The notes beneath the pieces were generated by a model that saw only the letters and a program-made list of their open reading frames with translations, was not told the DNA's origin and ran no database searches. A DNA stretch of 64,000 bases. It comes from an uncultured Candidatus Saccharibacteria bacterium. GTDB taxonomy: Bacteria > Patescibacteriota > Minisyncoccia > Phycocordibacterales > JABMNX01. A program made the translations under genes and the position numbers. Below are positions 39,772 through 48,802 of the stretch, piece by piece. How positions within the stretch are numbered: the first letter of the stretch is position 1; each line of letters starts with the position of its first letter. The stretch lies in contig CAZNRH010000002.1 of the NCBI GenBank assembly GCA_964575755.1, forward strand, positions 6,107-70,106, written 5' to 3'.

Positions 39772-41787
39772 CTAATTTTTACCTTCTAACGCCTGTATTT
39801 CATCACGTATAATAGCTGCCGTCTCGAAGTCGAGAATCTTTACAGCTTCTTCCATTTGACGGCGCTTTTCTTTAATAAGTTTCTTAGGATTCTTCTTATA
39901 TAGTTCCCTATCTACATCAAGCAACGTCACTACTGCTTTCTGATGTTCTGTGCGTAGCTGGTCTGTGATGTCTTTAATATTTTTCTTAATTGTCTTTGGT
40001 GTTATGTTGTACTTTTTATTGTGTGCAATCTGAATCTCACGCCTGCGATTAGTCTCAGAGATTGCTTTTTGCATTGAGCCAGTTATGTTGTCTGCATAAA
40101 GCACAGCGCGGCCCTCTACGTTTCTCGCAGCTCGTCCTATTGTTTGAATAAGTGAAGTCTCTGAACGAAGGAAACCTTCTTTATCTGCATCAAGAATCCC
40201 GACAAGCGTTACTTCAGGTAGGTCAAGCCCTTCTCGTAAAAGATTCACTCCAACAAGCACATCGAACTTACCTTTTCTAAAATCAGTTAAGATAATGATA
40301 CGATCTAGTGTCTTTATATCACTATGTAAATACTCTGCTTTTATATCTTTATCTTTTAGATACTCACTAAAGTCTTCTGCCATTTTCTTTGTAAGTGTTG
40401 TAACTAGTACACGCCCGCCTTTCTTAACTGTCTTGCCTGTTTCTGCTATAAAGTCTGCAACCTGTCCTTTGTATTTTCCGTCATTACTTTCAACAACTGG
40501 CCTTATCTCAATCTGAGGATCAATAAGTCCTGTTGGGCGAATAATTTGCTCTATTGGTTTATCGGTATGTTCAAACTCATACACGCCTGGAGTCGCTGAA
40601 GTGTATATAGACTCTCCTACTCGTTGCTCAAATTCCTTGAAATTAAGTGGGCGGTTATCTAGTGCTGATGGGAGTCGAAATCCATAATCTATTAACGTAC
40701 GTTTACGTGACTGGTCTCCAGCATACATACCACCTATCTGAGGAATAGTAACGTGAGACTCATCTATAATTGTCAAAAAATCAGGTGTTCCATCTTTTTT
40801 ATGTGGAAAATAAGAAAGAAGAGTATATGGTGGTTCTCCAACCTTTCTTCTATCAAAATGTAGTGAATAGTTTTCTATACCGTTGCAATAACCTATCTCA
40901 CGCATAAGAGCCATGTCTTGAGTGGTCCTGCGTCGTAAACGCTCTAACTCTAGTATATTCCCTTCTTTATCAAACTTCTTTAACTGTTCTTTAAGCTCGT
41001 CTTTTATATCTTCTATCGCTTCTTTGCGTTCATGTTCTGGAGTTACATAATGTTTTGCTGGAAACAAGAACATATCAATTTTCTTTTCAATAATTTGTCT
41101 GGAAATATAATCGAGTGTAATTACTTCTGTTACTGTGCCTGAAGAAAGTCCAATACGATAAATAATCCTTTCGCTTGTTGGCATTATTTCAATAAAGTTA
41201 CCTAGTGCACGAAACATACCTGGCTTCAAATCAGCATTTGTTCTTTCAAAATATATATCAATAAGTTTTCGTATAAAACCAGAGCGTGAAAGATTGTCCC
41301 CGACAGCAACTTTGAGATGCACTCCCTCATATCTCTCTGGGCTTCCTAAACCATAAATACATGAAACGGATGCGACTATTATCACATCACTTCGTGTTAA
41401 GAGTGCTTGTGTTGAGGCGTGCCTTAGCCTATCTATTTCTTCATTGATTTGTGCCTCTTTCTCAATATAAGTATCCGAAGTTGGCATGTATGCTTCTGGC
41501 TGGTAGTAGTCATAGTATGAGACAAAATAATGCACAGCATTGTTTGGAAAAAATTCTCTATATTCTTGTGCAAGTTGAGCTGCGAGTGTTTTATTGTGTG
41601 CAATCACAAGTGTTGGTTTCTGAATCTTTTCTATTACATTTGCTACGGTAAACGTTTTTCCTGACCCAGTCACACCTAAAAGAGTCTGGTGTCGCTTACC
41701 TGATTCAACTCCTTTTATAAGAGCTTTTATTGCTTTTGGTTGGTCTCCATCTGGCTTGAATCCAGATGAGATTTTAAATTTATTCAT
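39772..41787 (-). CDS. uvrB: Excinuclease UvrB (start moved to ATG 41787)
   Basis: GVTGSGKT, YYDYYQPEAY, DESH, QTIGRAAR. Confidence 0.98.
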   Translation of the reverse strand: MNKFKISSGFKPDGDQPKAIKALIKGVESGKRHQTLLGVTGSGKTFTVANVIEKIQKPTLVIAHNKTLAAQLAQEYREFFPNNAVHYFVSYYDYYQPEAYMPTSDTYIEKEAQINEEIDRLRHASTQALLTRSDVIIVASVSCIYGLGSPERYEGVHLKVAVGDNLSRSGFIRKLIDIYFERTNADLKPGMFRALGNFIEIMPTSERIIYRIGLSSGTVTEVITLDYISRQIIEKKIDMFLFPAKHYVTPEHERKEAIEDIKDELKEQLKKFDKEGNILELERLRRRTTQDMALMREIGYCNGIENYSLHFDRRKVGEPPYTLLSYFPHKKDGTPDFLTIIDESHVTIPQIGGMYAGDQSRKRTLIDYGFRLPSALDNRPLNFKEFEQRVGESIYTSATPGVYEFEHTDKPIEQIIRPTGLIDPQIEIRPVVESNDGKYKGQVADFIAETGKTVKKGGRVLVTTLTKKMAEDFSEYLKDKDIKAEYLHSDIKTLDRIIILTDFRKGKFDVLVGVNLLREGLDLPEVTLVGILDADKEGFLRSETSLIQTIGRAARNVEGRAVLYADNITGSMQKAISETNRRREIQIAHNKKYNITPKTIKKNIKDITDQLRTEHQKAVVTLLDVDRELYKKNPKKLIKEKRRQMEEAVKILDFETAAIIRDEIQALEGKN

Positions 41788-41831
41788 TGTTTGTAAACTA
41801 CATACTATTGCATCAATGGGGCATAGGCAAG

Positions 41832-41911
41832 AAAAAAAGCCGATTCCCGAAGGAACCGGCAAGTTTAACAGGGAGGCGATGACCTCAAAAAAGTGGAGGA
41901 AAGATCATCTA
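41832..41911 (-). ncRNA. Candidate ~80-nt sRNA
   Basis: Extended -10 TGGTATTCT, hairpin GATGA..CCTC/GAGG-TCATC, terminator GCCGGTTCC-TTCG-GGAATCGGC-T7. Confidence 0.4.
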
Positions 41912-41950
41912 CAGCCAAGAATACCATTTAATTATAAAAAAGCAATCATT

Positions 41951-43168
41951 TTACACTAAGTACTTATCAAGAAACTCGGCCTTAAACTCATAAAATTTAT
42001 CGTCAAGAATTGACTGTCTTAAGTCTTTAACTAAATTTACAATAAAATAAAGATTATGGATCGACGCGAGTGTTGCACCAAGCATTTCTTTAGAGCGAAA
42101 TAAATGTGCTAGATACGCCTTTTTATAATTCTTTGAGGTGTAACTAGGTGTATCATCGTCAATCGTTGAGAAGTCATTCCTATATTTACTATTTAAAATG
42201 TTTATAAGACCACTTTTTGTGTATAGCATCCCATTCCTTGCTATACGCGTTGGAGTAACACAATCAAATGTATCAATCCCCTTCTCTATACCGTCAAAAA
42301 TATTAAGTGGGTCTCCAATACCAAGAAGATGTCTAGGTTTTTCTTTAGGTAAGATACTATTCACTAACTTTAATGTGGCATCTAGATCTTTTTTAGTAAA
42401 CGAACCACCAATGCCGTACCCGTCAAAACTCATTTTCGCTAACGTCTCAGCACTCTCTCTACGCAAGTCTTCATGGCGACCACCTTGTATGACTCCATAC
42501 AACCCTTGCTTCCCGCTTGCTTCTATATTTCCCAAGTGAGCTTTTAAACTTCTGTCTGCCCAACGATGTGTTCTGTCCATAGCTTCTTTTTGATACTCAT
42601 AAGGAGCAGTCGGTGACGTACATTCATCAAATGCAAACATAATATCTGCACCTATATTGTGTTGTATCTCAATAGAACATTCTGCACTAAATCTGTGTGT
42701 ACTTCCATCTAAATGTGACGTAAACGTCACACCCTCTTCGTCAATACGTGCAAGTCGAGCTTACTCTAGACTAAAGTTCTTGTCGTATATTACTGGCGAT
42801 GTACTATCCTGAATATCATGAGCAAATTTACTTACATTACTATCATATGCATCTCCAAGTGAAAATACCTGAAACCCACCAGAGTCAGTTAGTGTTGGAC
42901 CTCCCCAATTCATAAACTTATTCAACCCACCAGACTCTTTAACTATATTTTCACCAGGTTCAAGATACAGATGATATGTATTTGCAAGCACTGCTTGAAC
43001 CCCAACGTAATCTCTCAACTGTTCTGGGGTAACAGACTTCACTGTGGCTTTAGTGCCAACCACAGTAAAAGCTGGAGTTTCTATCTTTCCATGAGGAGTA
43101 TCTATTACGCCAGCACGTCCAAGCTGTCCTTTGATTTGTTTTTCAATTTTAAATGAAATAGTCGACAT
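41951..43168 (-). pseudogene. tgt: tRNA-guanine transglycosylase interrupted by one in-frame TAA (42761-42763); pseudogene, read-through or sequence error
   Basis: ORFs 42761-43168 (LANTYHL, TDSGGFQVFSL) and 41951-42730 (FDEC, QGG, PRHLLGIG, DTFDCV) share a frame: ...NFSLE*ARLARIDEEGVTF... Confidence 0.85.
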
Positions 43169-43196
43169 ACTAAAAGTATCCTAGAAACGTGTCAGA

Positions 43197-43415
43197 CTAT
43201 CGAACTACACTACATGTAGCATATACAGCAAGCAGTAGAGCTAGTGTAAAAAATACAGCTCCTACGAAACATTTTGAGTGGAATGGACTTTGATGCAGCC
43301 CAGTAGAACATGTATCGCAATTATTCAACACTACTTGAGCAAATTGATACCATGCGTAAGCAGTGCCAAGTGCAAGAACTCCAGTAAGGAAATATAGTAT
43401 TTGTGTTAATTCCAT
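43197..43415 (-). CDS. Small two-TM protein with CxxC and a third Cys
   Basis: NNCDTCS..SPFHSKCFVGA. Confidence 0.65.
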   Translation of the reverse strand: MELTQILYFLTGVLALGTAYAWYQFAQVVLNNCDTCSTGLHQSPFHSKCFVGAVFFTLALLLAVYATCSVVR

Positions 43416-43420
43416 AATTA

Positions 43421-43903
43421 TTAAGGGTTTAAAACTTGTATTAATTCTACTTCGAAGTGCAGTGTGGAGTTAGCTGGAATTACTCCAATAGCACGGTTTC
43501 CATATGCGAGATTAGCTGGGATAGTTAACTTTCGCTTTCCACCAACTTTCATACCAACTATTCCTAAATCCCACCCTTTTATTACTTGACCAATTCCAAG
43601 TGTGAAAGAAAATGGTACACCTCTATCGACAGAGCTATCAAACACAGTACCATCGTCGAGTGTACCTACATAATGAGCTGTTACCCTAAGACCATCAACA
43701 GCCTCTTCTCCTTGACCTAGAATTATATCTTCAATAATAAGTCCTGATCCTAATATTTGCTCTGTATTTCCCTCAATTACAACACTCTCCCTTTGGGTTG
43801 AGTTACTGAATAAAGTATTTAAAATGCCAATTAATAAAATGACCCCAACGACAGTAATAGCTACAGCCACCGCTATGTTTTCATTTCGATTCAATTCTTT
43901 CAT
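43421..43903 (-). CDS. Membrane-anchored FKBP-type peptidyl-prolyl isomerase
   Basis: HYVGTL..FDSS, VIKGWD, GGKRKLTIP..AYG, IPANSTLHFEVEL. Confidence 0.96.
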   Translation of the reverse strand: MKELNRNENIAVAVAITVVGVILLIGILNTLFSNSTQRESVVIEGNTEQILGSGLIIEDIILGQGEEAVDGLRVTAHYVGTLDDGTVFDSSVDRGVPFSFTLGIGQVIKGWDLGIVGMKVGGKRKLTIPANLAYGNRAIGVIPANSTLHFEVELIQVLNP

Positions 43904-44004
43904 AGAAAATAAAATTACCTTAATAAATATATTTACTTAAGCGTAACATCATTTCTTCTTCAAAGAAACTTATGTATGTTGGTTATTGAGCACGAGACAA
44001 AGAC

Positions 44005-44034
44005 TTGACAATGGCTATATTTTCGTGTTAAACT
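44005..44034 (+). promoter_or_regulatory. Sigma70-type promoter for the two plus-strand ORFans
   Basis: TTGACA-N18-TAAACT with TG extension. Confidence 0.55.
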
Positions 44035-44095
44035 TGTGTTAGAAATATCGAATTACAAATTTGGTATAAAACAGTTTTTTAAAGGAGACGACCCT

Positions 44096-44311
44096 ATGCG
44101 AACTTTTAAAAAAGTGGCGCTGGTCGCCACACTTCTTGTTCTCGGTGCATGTACTAGCATTGAGGTAATAGATAAAGACAACGGACACGTGTCTGTTGTA
44201 TACGAGAAACCAAGCCTTATCATAGGTATGATTCCAACGTTTACAAAACGTAGGATCACGTTTGACTTCGTATGCACACCAGTGTGCATACAAGAAAAAG
44301 CGAAGGAGTAG
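44096..44311 (+). CDS. Small putative lipoprotein
   Basis: AAGGAG upstream; MRTFKKVALVATLLVLGA-C lipobox-like sequence. Confidence 0.65.
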   Translation: MRTFKKVALVATLLVLGACTSIEVIDKDNGHVSVVYEKPSLIIGMIPTFTKRRITFDFVCTPVCIQEKAKE

Positions 44312-44316
44312 GAAAA

Positions 44317-44754
44317 ATGAAAATCTTTTTTATCACCCTTCTCTCCCTTTTTCTTTATACCGCTGGTACTCTGAAAGCTGCAGCAGGATCTATAGACGTA
44401 ACCATGTCTCCGACAGGAGATGTTGTGACACTTCCCGACGGAAGTACACTCCAACCTTACGTTATTGATGATACACGATGGTTCGAGTTTTTCAAACTCG
44501 ATTCTATTGTCGGTCAGCAATGTTGGAGCGATGATAACTGTGTCTTACTGTCACCAAACGGTGTCGAAATTAAGATCGACTGGCAACAAGTTGCTGTAGT
44601 TGCAACAATTGTGATTATCCGAGTTGCGCAACCTAAGTGGCTTCCAAAATGGGCGACTGGGCGAAGTGCAAACTCTTCAAATCCCGTTGCTACTGCCGTA
44701 GGTGGTGGTGGTACTTGTCCCCCCGCTTGCGGAGCACCTGGAGCAGGAACCTGA
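44317..44754 (+). CDS. Secreted/membrane ORFan with Gly/Pro/Cys-rich tail
   Basis: AAGGAG upstream; signal peptide; ends GGGGTCPPACGAPGAGT; hairpin follows. Confidence 0.6.
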   Translation: MKIFFITLLSLFLYTAGTLKAAAGSIDVTMSPTGDVVTLPDGSTLQPYVIDDTRWFEFFKLDSIVGQQCWSDDNCVLLSPNGVEIKIDWQQVAVVATIVIIRVAQPKWLPKWATGRSANSSNPVATAVGGGGTCPPACGAPGAGT

Positions 44755-44759
44755 ACTTA

Positions 44760-44793
44760 TACCCCATGAAATGTAGGAACATTTCATGGGGTA
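44760..44793. terminator. Bidirectional terminator between convergent genes
   Basis: taccccatgaaatgt-agga-acatttcatggggta. Confidence 0.8.
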
Positions 44794-44808
44794 AACTTTT
44801 TTATATAA

Positions 44809-45657
44809 TTATTGTTTCTTTTTATACTGATCAGATAATACCATCGCTCCATATAACCCACCAAGCGAGCCTAGCTGTGCTAACTTTATTTCGGGCAATT
44901 CTGGGAATATTTTTAATATTCCTTTCAAACATTCTATTGTATGATCAAGTGGAATTCTAGGGTCACCAACCATCATTGAACCCCCAAGCACAACTACGTT
45001 CGGTGACCAGTGAACTATTGTGTTATTTAATCCATATGCAAGATATCTTGCATATGTATCCCAAAATTCTTCGTCTTTAATTTCATATGGTTTCTTTCCT
45101 GTTCGTCTTTCAGTTGCTCTACCTGATATGTAATTTCCAAGAGTTATTCCATCACAATCTGAACAAAGCGCTTTACCAGCATCAATTATCTGCTGTCCTG
45201 GTTCAAAACCAACAACTTTACTATCAATAAACCCGTCAATAAATCGCGCACCCCCAACTCCTGTACTCACCGTAATGTATACCCCAATCCCCTCCTTTGC
45301 TCCTGCGCCATAGTGCATTTCTCCAAGCCCTACTACGGCAGAATCATTCTCTATATGAACAGGTACGTTAAACTCTTTTGTTAATTCATCACATAGAGAG
45401 CGCCCTATCCAATTTTTAAGATTAGGACTTCCAAGAAGGCTACAGACTCCTTTACCAAAAGGTCCAGCGATACCTCCGCATATCATTTCAATATTTTCTC
45501 CTGTAGAAATAACCTTTATCTTTTCTTTAAGTACACTCATTCCTTCATTGAAATCGACAGGCGTATTTACAACAATAGGCTCACCAACAAATTTTACAAG
45601 GTCGTGACTTCCCACAATACGCATCTTTGTTCCTCCTATGTCAAAAAGAATATACAT
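44809..45657 (-). CDS. ROK-family sugar kinase
   Basis: FDIGGTK, IENDSA, STGVGG, VVLGGS. Confidence 0.92.
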   Translation of the reverse strand: MYILFDIGGTKMRIVGSHDLVKFVGEPIVVNTPVDFNEGMSVLKEKIKVISTGENIEMICGGIAGPFGKGVCSLLGSPNLKNWIGRSLCDELTKEFNVPVHIENDSAVVGLGEMHYGAGAKEGIGVYITVSTGVGGARFIDGFIDSKVVGFEPGQQIIDAGKALCSDCDGITLGNYISGRATERRTGKKPYEIKDEEFWDTYARYLAYGLNNTIVHWSPNVVVLGGSMMVGDPRIPLDHTIECLKGILKIFPELPEIKLAQLGSLGGLYGAMVLSDQYKKKQ

Positions 45658-45660
45658 ACT

Positions 45661-46620
45661 TTACTCAACTATTGGATTAATTGTTTGATTAAAAATCTCA
45701 GATGCGTCTTTAGTGTATTCTACAATATTTTCTTTAAAGTATGCAGGGTGTGCTTCTTGTATCTTACCTATAACAAAGTACCCCACAGATAACATCTCTC
45801 CATACATAGCTCTCTTTTTTAGGGGAATGTTTAAATAGTCTCCTTTATATTCTTTCAGTACATCTTCTTTTTTGGGAGATTGGGTGGTGAATTGAATTAT
45901 TAATTCTTTATCTGACTTAATAATGGTCTTTGCATGCTTGACTTCTTCACTTGTAAACACTCTACCAACTACATTTCCTCCAAACAATTCATCGAATTTT
46001 GTTCTTAACATACTGCGCACTTCATCAAACTCAACAGGAACAACCAAAACAAAAGAAGAATACTTACCAAAGTCATGTGGTATATTTTTTTTTATAGTAT
46101 CAATATGCTCATAAATATCCTCTGCACGCTCTCTTGTGTGAGAAAGAATCATGGAGAGATATGTTGATGTATTGTATGTATATGGTTCACGATTCTTAGG
46201 AAAAACAACTACATTACTATCATCTATATACTTTTTAGCTTCTGCATCTTTATTGTTGGTTAAAAGCCATGTTGACATGTTTAGCTTTCTTTCTGCCATC
46301 TTTTTTGCAATATCTACAGAATGCTTTCCTCCAGAAGCAGATATAATTACTACACAGTCTATATCTGTAAACTTATTAAGATTTTCTTCAAAGTCTCCTG
46401 CTTCAGAATACCGAGCCTGTGTATTTTTAAAGAGTATCTTCCCAACAGCGTAAGAATTTGCACTTCCAACAACGAGAGGTTTCGAGCAGATATTATCCAC
46501 CTTTAATGTATAAGGTTTTTCTTTTGAAAAACGCTCTAGGGCACCCAAAACTACAACATCCAAGTTTGGGAGAGAATGTATATTAAAGGTCTCTAATGTT
46601 TTTAAATTCTCGTACTCCAT
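45661..46620 (-). CDS. SIS-domain sugar isomerase-like protein
   Basis: VVGSANSY, IISASGGKH, EPYTYNTSTY, EEVKHAK; coupled to the ROK kinase. Confidence 0.6.
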   Translation of the reverse strand: MEYENLKTLETFNIHSLPNLDVVVLGALERFSKEKPYTLKVDNICSKPLVVGSANSYAVGKILFKNTQARYSEAGDFEENLNKFTDIDCVVIISASGGKHSVDIAKKMAERKLNMSTWLLTNNKDAEAKKYIDDSNVVVFPKNREPYTYNTSTYLSMILSHTRERAEDIYEHIDTIKKNIPHDFGKYSSFVLVVPVEFDEVRSMLRTKFDELFGGNVVGRVFTSEEVKHAKTIIKSDKELIIQFTTQSPKKEDVLKEYKGDYLNIPLKKRAMYGEMLSVGYFVIGKIQEAHPAYFKENIVEYTKDASEIFNQTINPIVE

Positions 46621-46624
46621 ATAT

Positions 46625-46696
46625 TTACACAATTAAAAGTATGAAAGTTATAGAAATTGCTATAAGTATAATAATAGTCTGTGTATCTTTTTTCAT
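46625..46696 (-). CDS. 23-aa single-TM small protein (not in track)
   Basis: MKKDTQTIIILIAISITFILLIV; stop lies 4 nt before the next ATG; its start codon is the target of element copy 3. Confidence 0.5.
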   Translation of the reverse strand: MKKDTQTIIILIAISITFILLIV

Positions 46697-46813
46697 CCCG
46701 TTAGAGGCAAGTCGCGATCTTTGCGACTTGTAGAATTATGTTTTTATAAATTTTAGTTCGGCTTTTATTCATACCATTGATTATACCTCATGTGACCACG
46801 GCCTCTAAAGGTA
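46696..46813. mobile_element. Start-codon-inserted hairpin element, copy 3
   Basis: IR atcccgttagaggc (46695-46708) / gcctctaaaggtat (46801-46814); ttca repeats at 46692-46695 and 46814-46817; side hairpin caagtcgc/gcgacttg. Confidence 0.75.
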
Positions 46814-46847
46814 TTCATATAATAATTATAATACTAATCCAATTCAA

Positions 46848-47852
46848 TTACTCAGTGTCAAAAAGTTTCTCTGCCTCAACCCAGAAAGATTCATCTCCTT
46901 GTTTTTTAAGCCAATACCACCACTCTGCTCCCCATAAGTACTGAGTGCTAAACCTTGTGTCTTTAGCGAATTCTATAATTTCTTTAAATTTTTCAATATC
47001 CATACGCTCTAACTGCGTCTCTATTGGTGTATCTATTATTGGTTGCATAAGCCATGGTTCAGCAGAAAGTTCTATTAAAAATGTTTGTTTATTCCCGTAC
47101 AAAATACGCATTAGATTATTTTTAGCTCGATAAAAAGAAGGTGGGAGTATAGATTTAAACTGACCAACCTCAGGATTCCAAAAATATATGTAGACGCTCG
47201 TGCCAAACACGTCTCCAGATCTATACGCTCCAAACCAAGAACCAAGATTTCCACTATCAGTAATTAATATTGGTCTGGAATGGTCTAATTCTTTTACAAG
47301 TGCTATTTCTTCAGCAAGAAACTCTTTATCAAGTTCCCCACACTCTTCTTTAGCAAAAATCTCTAAAAATGGCTCGTTTTCGACTTGCCAATGCGTAATT
47401 GCCCTGCTGTCTTTATATCGTAAAACTATTTCTGTTATAAGTTCTTTTATTTCTTTTTTTTGTTCTTCCCATGTAAGCTTCTGTGCCCAATCTGGGACAT
47501 GACATTCAGGCCACCGCGGAAGCCTCCTCCCTACTCCAAGTATTACATCTACACCACGACTCTCTGCCTCTTTAAGCTGGAAATCAAGTTCTTTAAAATT
47601 AAATCTATCCTTTGTGGGCTCTACCATTGTCCAATGAGCTGAAAGGCGGAGTCTTTTCACGCCTAAATCGTCAAGGACTGCTATATAGACTTCTCTAGGA
47701 TCTAACTCAAGCTCTTCTGCATATAAAGTATTAAATGAAGTCCCGTATTTAATTTCTTTAGGCTTATCGCTTATAGTCAAAAGCAACATAACCACAAGTA
47801 TTAATATAAGACCTACAAATAAATATGTGATTAGTTTTCGTATTACTTTCAT
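46848..47852 (-). CDS. Membrane-anchored clan GH-A glycoside hydrolase (GH5/GH42-like)
   Basis: PRWPECH, WQVENEP (acid/base), IELSAEPW (nucleophile), YLWGAEWW. Confidence 0.8.
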   Translation of the reverse strand: MKVIRKLITYLFVGLILILVVMLLLTISDKPKEIKYGTSFNTLYAEELELDPREVYIAVLDDLGVKRLRLSAHWTMVEPTKDRFNFKELDFQLKEAESRGVDVILGVGRRLPRWPECHVPDWAQKLTWEEQKKEIKELITEIVLRYKDSRAITHWQVENEPFLEIFAKEECGELDKEFLAEEIALVKELDHSRPILITDSGNLGSWFGAYRSGDVFGTSVYIYFWNPEVGQFKSILPPSFYRAKNNLMRILYGNKQTFLIELSAEPWLMQPIIDTPIETQLERMDIEKFKEIIEFAKDTRFSTQYLWGAEWWYWLKKQGDESFWVEAEKLFDTE

Positions 47853-47872
47853 GTTTTTATATAATGGGATGT

Positions 47873-48799
47873 TTATAGGAATAGAAACAAAAATCCTGTC
47901 ACGATGATACTGATGGCTATGGTTTTTTGTATTTTATTTCGTCCAATTAAATTCTCACCACATGTTCTAGGAAGGAATTTCCCAATAGTCAAACTGATAA
48001 CAAGTAAGAAGACGAACTGTAACCCACCAAGCGCTTGTACAAGAGCAACACTACTTAAGTCCACAGCTTTAAGTAGTAAAAAGCCAGCAATACCCGCTAG
48101 AATTTTATTACCCACAATAAGTGTATTGCTTTTGTTTGAAGTTCTTTTGTAACAATCTCTGCAATCATTCCATTTTGGGATAAATAATATAAACGCCACA
48201 ATCACAATCCCTACTCGGGACCAAAAAAAAGCATTGTCAAACGTAGTTATATTAAATAAAAGTTTCATTAAAACAAAATGAAGAGCAAAAAATAGGCCTG
48301 AAGTAACTGTTATAAGCAATACCCCCCTTTTGAATCTATAATGAGAAAGAGCTAAAGCTCCTAGGACTAGCAACAGTATGCCGAAAAAAAAGGCAGGACT
48401 GAGTCTTGTGCCAAGAATATAAAACCCTAATGGCAAAGCAAAAAGTGCTGATGTTGAACCCACAACAGGAATAACATCTGACGCATCTGTACCACGAAGT
48501 GCGGTAAATAAGGACCAAAGTGCAAAGAAAAATGACAAACCAGACGCAATAGATAGAATTATTATTGAAGATGTTGGAAACTCTATATTTTGAATAGAAG
48601 GAATACTCAGTTCAGGTATAGGAATATTAATAAAACTAAATAAAAATACAAAAACGGAAAGTGTAGATAAAATACTTACAAAGAATGCATAGTACAAAGG
48701 GTGCGGCACTTTCCTTGTACTAATTATATATTTATCAATAAGTGCTACTACTGCATTTAAAAACTGCGCAATGACGATGATTACAATTGCAAAAGACAT
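47873..48799 (-). CDS. DMT/EamA-like ten-TM transporter
   Basis: Two repeats of five TMs; IDKYII, VQALGGLQFVF. Confidence 0.75.
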   Translation of the reverse strand: MSFAIVIIVIAQFLNAVVALIDKYIISTRKVPHPLYYAFFVSILSTLSVFVFLFSFINIPIPELSIPSIQNIEFPTSSIIILSIASGLSFFFALWSLFTALRGTDASDVIPVVGSTSALFALPLGFYILGTRLSPAFFFGILLLVLGALALSHYRFKRGVLLITVTSGLFFALHFVLMKLLFNITTFDNAFFWSRVGIVIVAFILFIPKWNDCRDCYKRTSNKSNTLIVGNKILAGIAGFLLLKAVDLSSVALVQALGGLQFVFLLVISLTIGKFLPRTCGENLIGRNKIQKTIAISIIVTGFLFLFL

Positions 48800-48802
48800 A
48801 TA

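Noticed and set aside
42761-42763. Genome-wide stop-codon reassignment
   Set aside because: TAA, TAG and TGA all end conserved genes at expected positions; only tgt has an internal stop.
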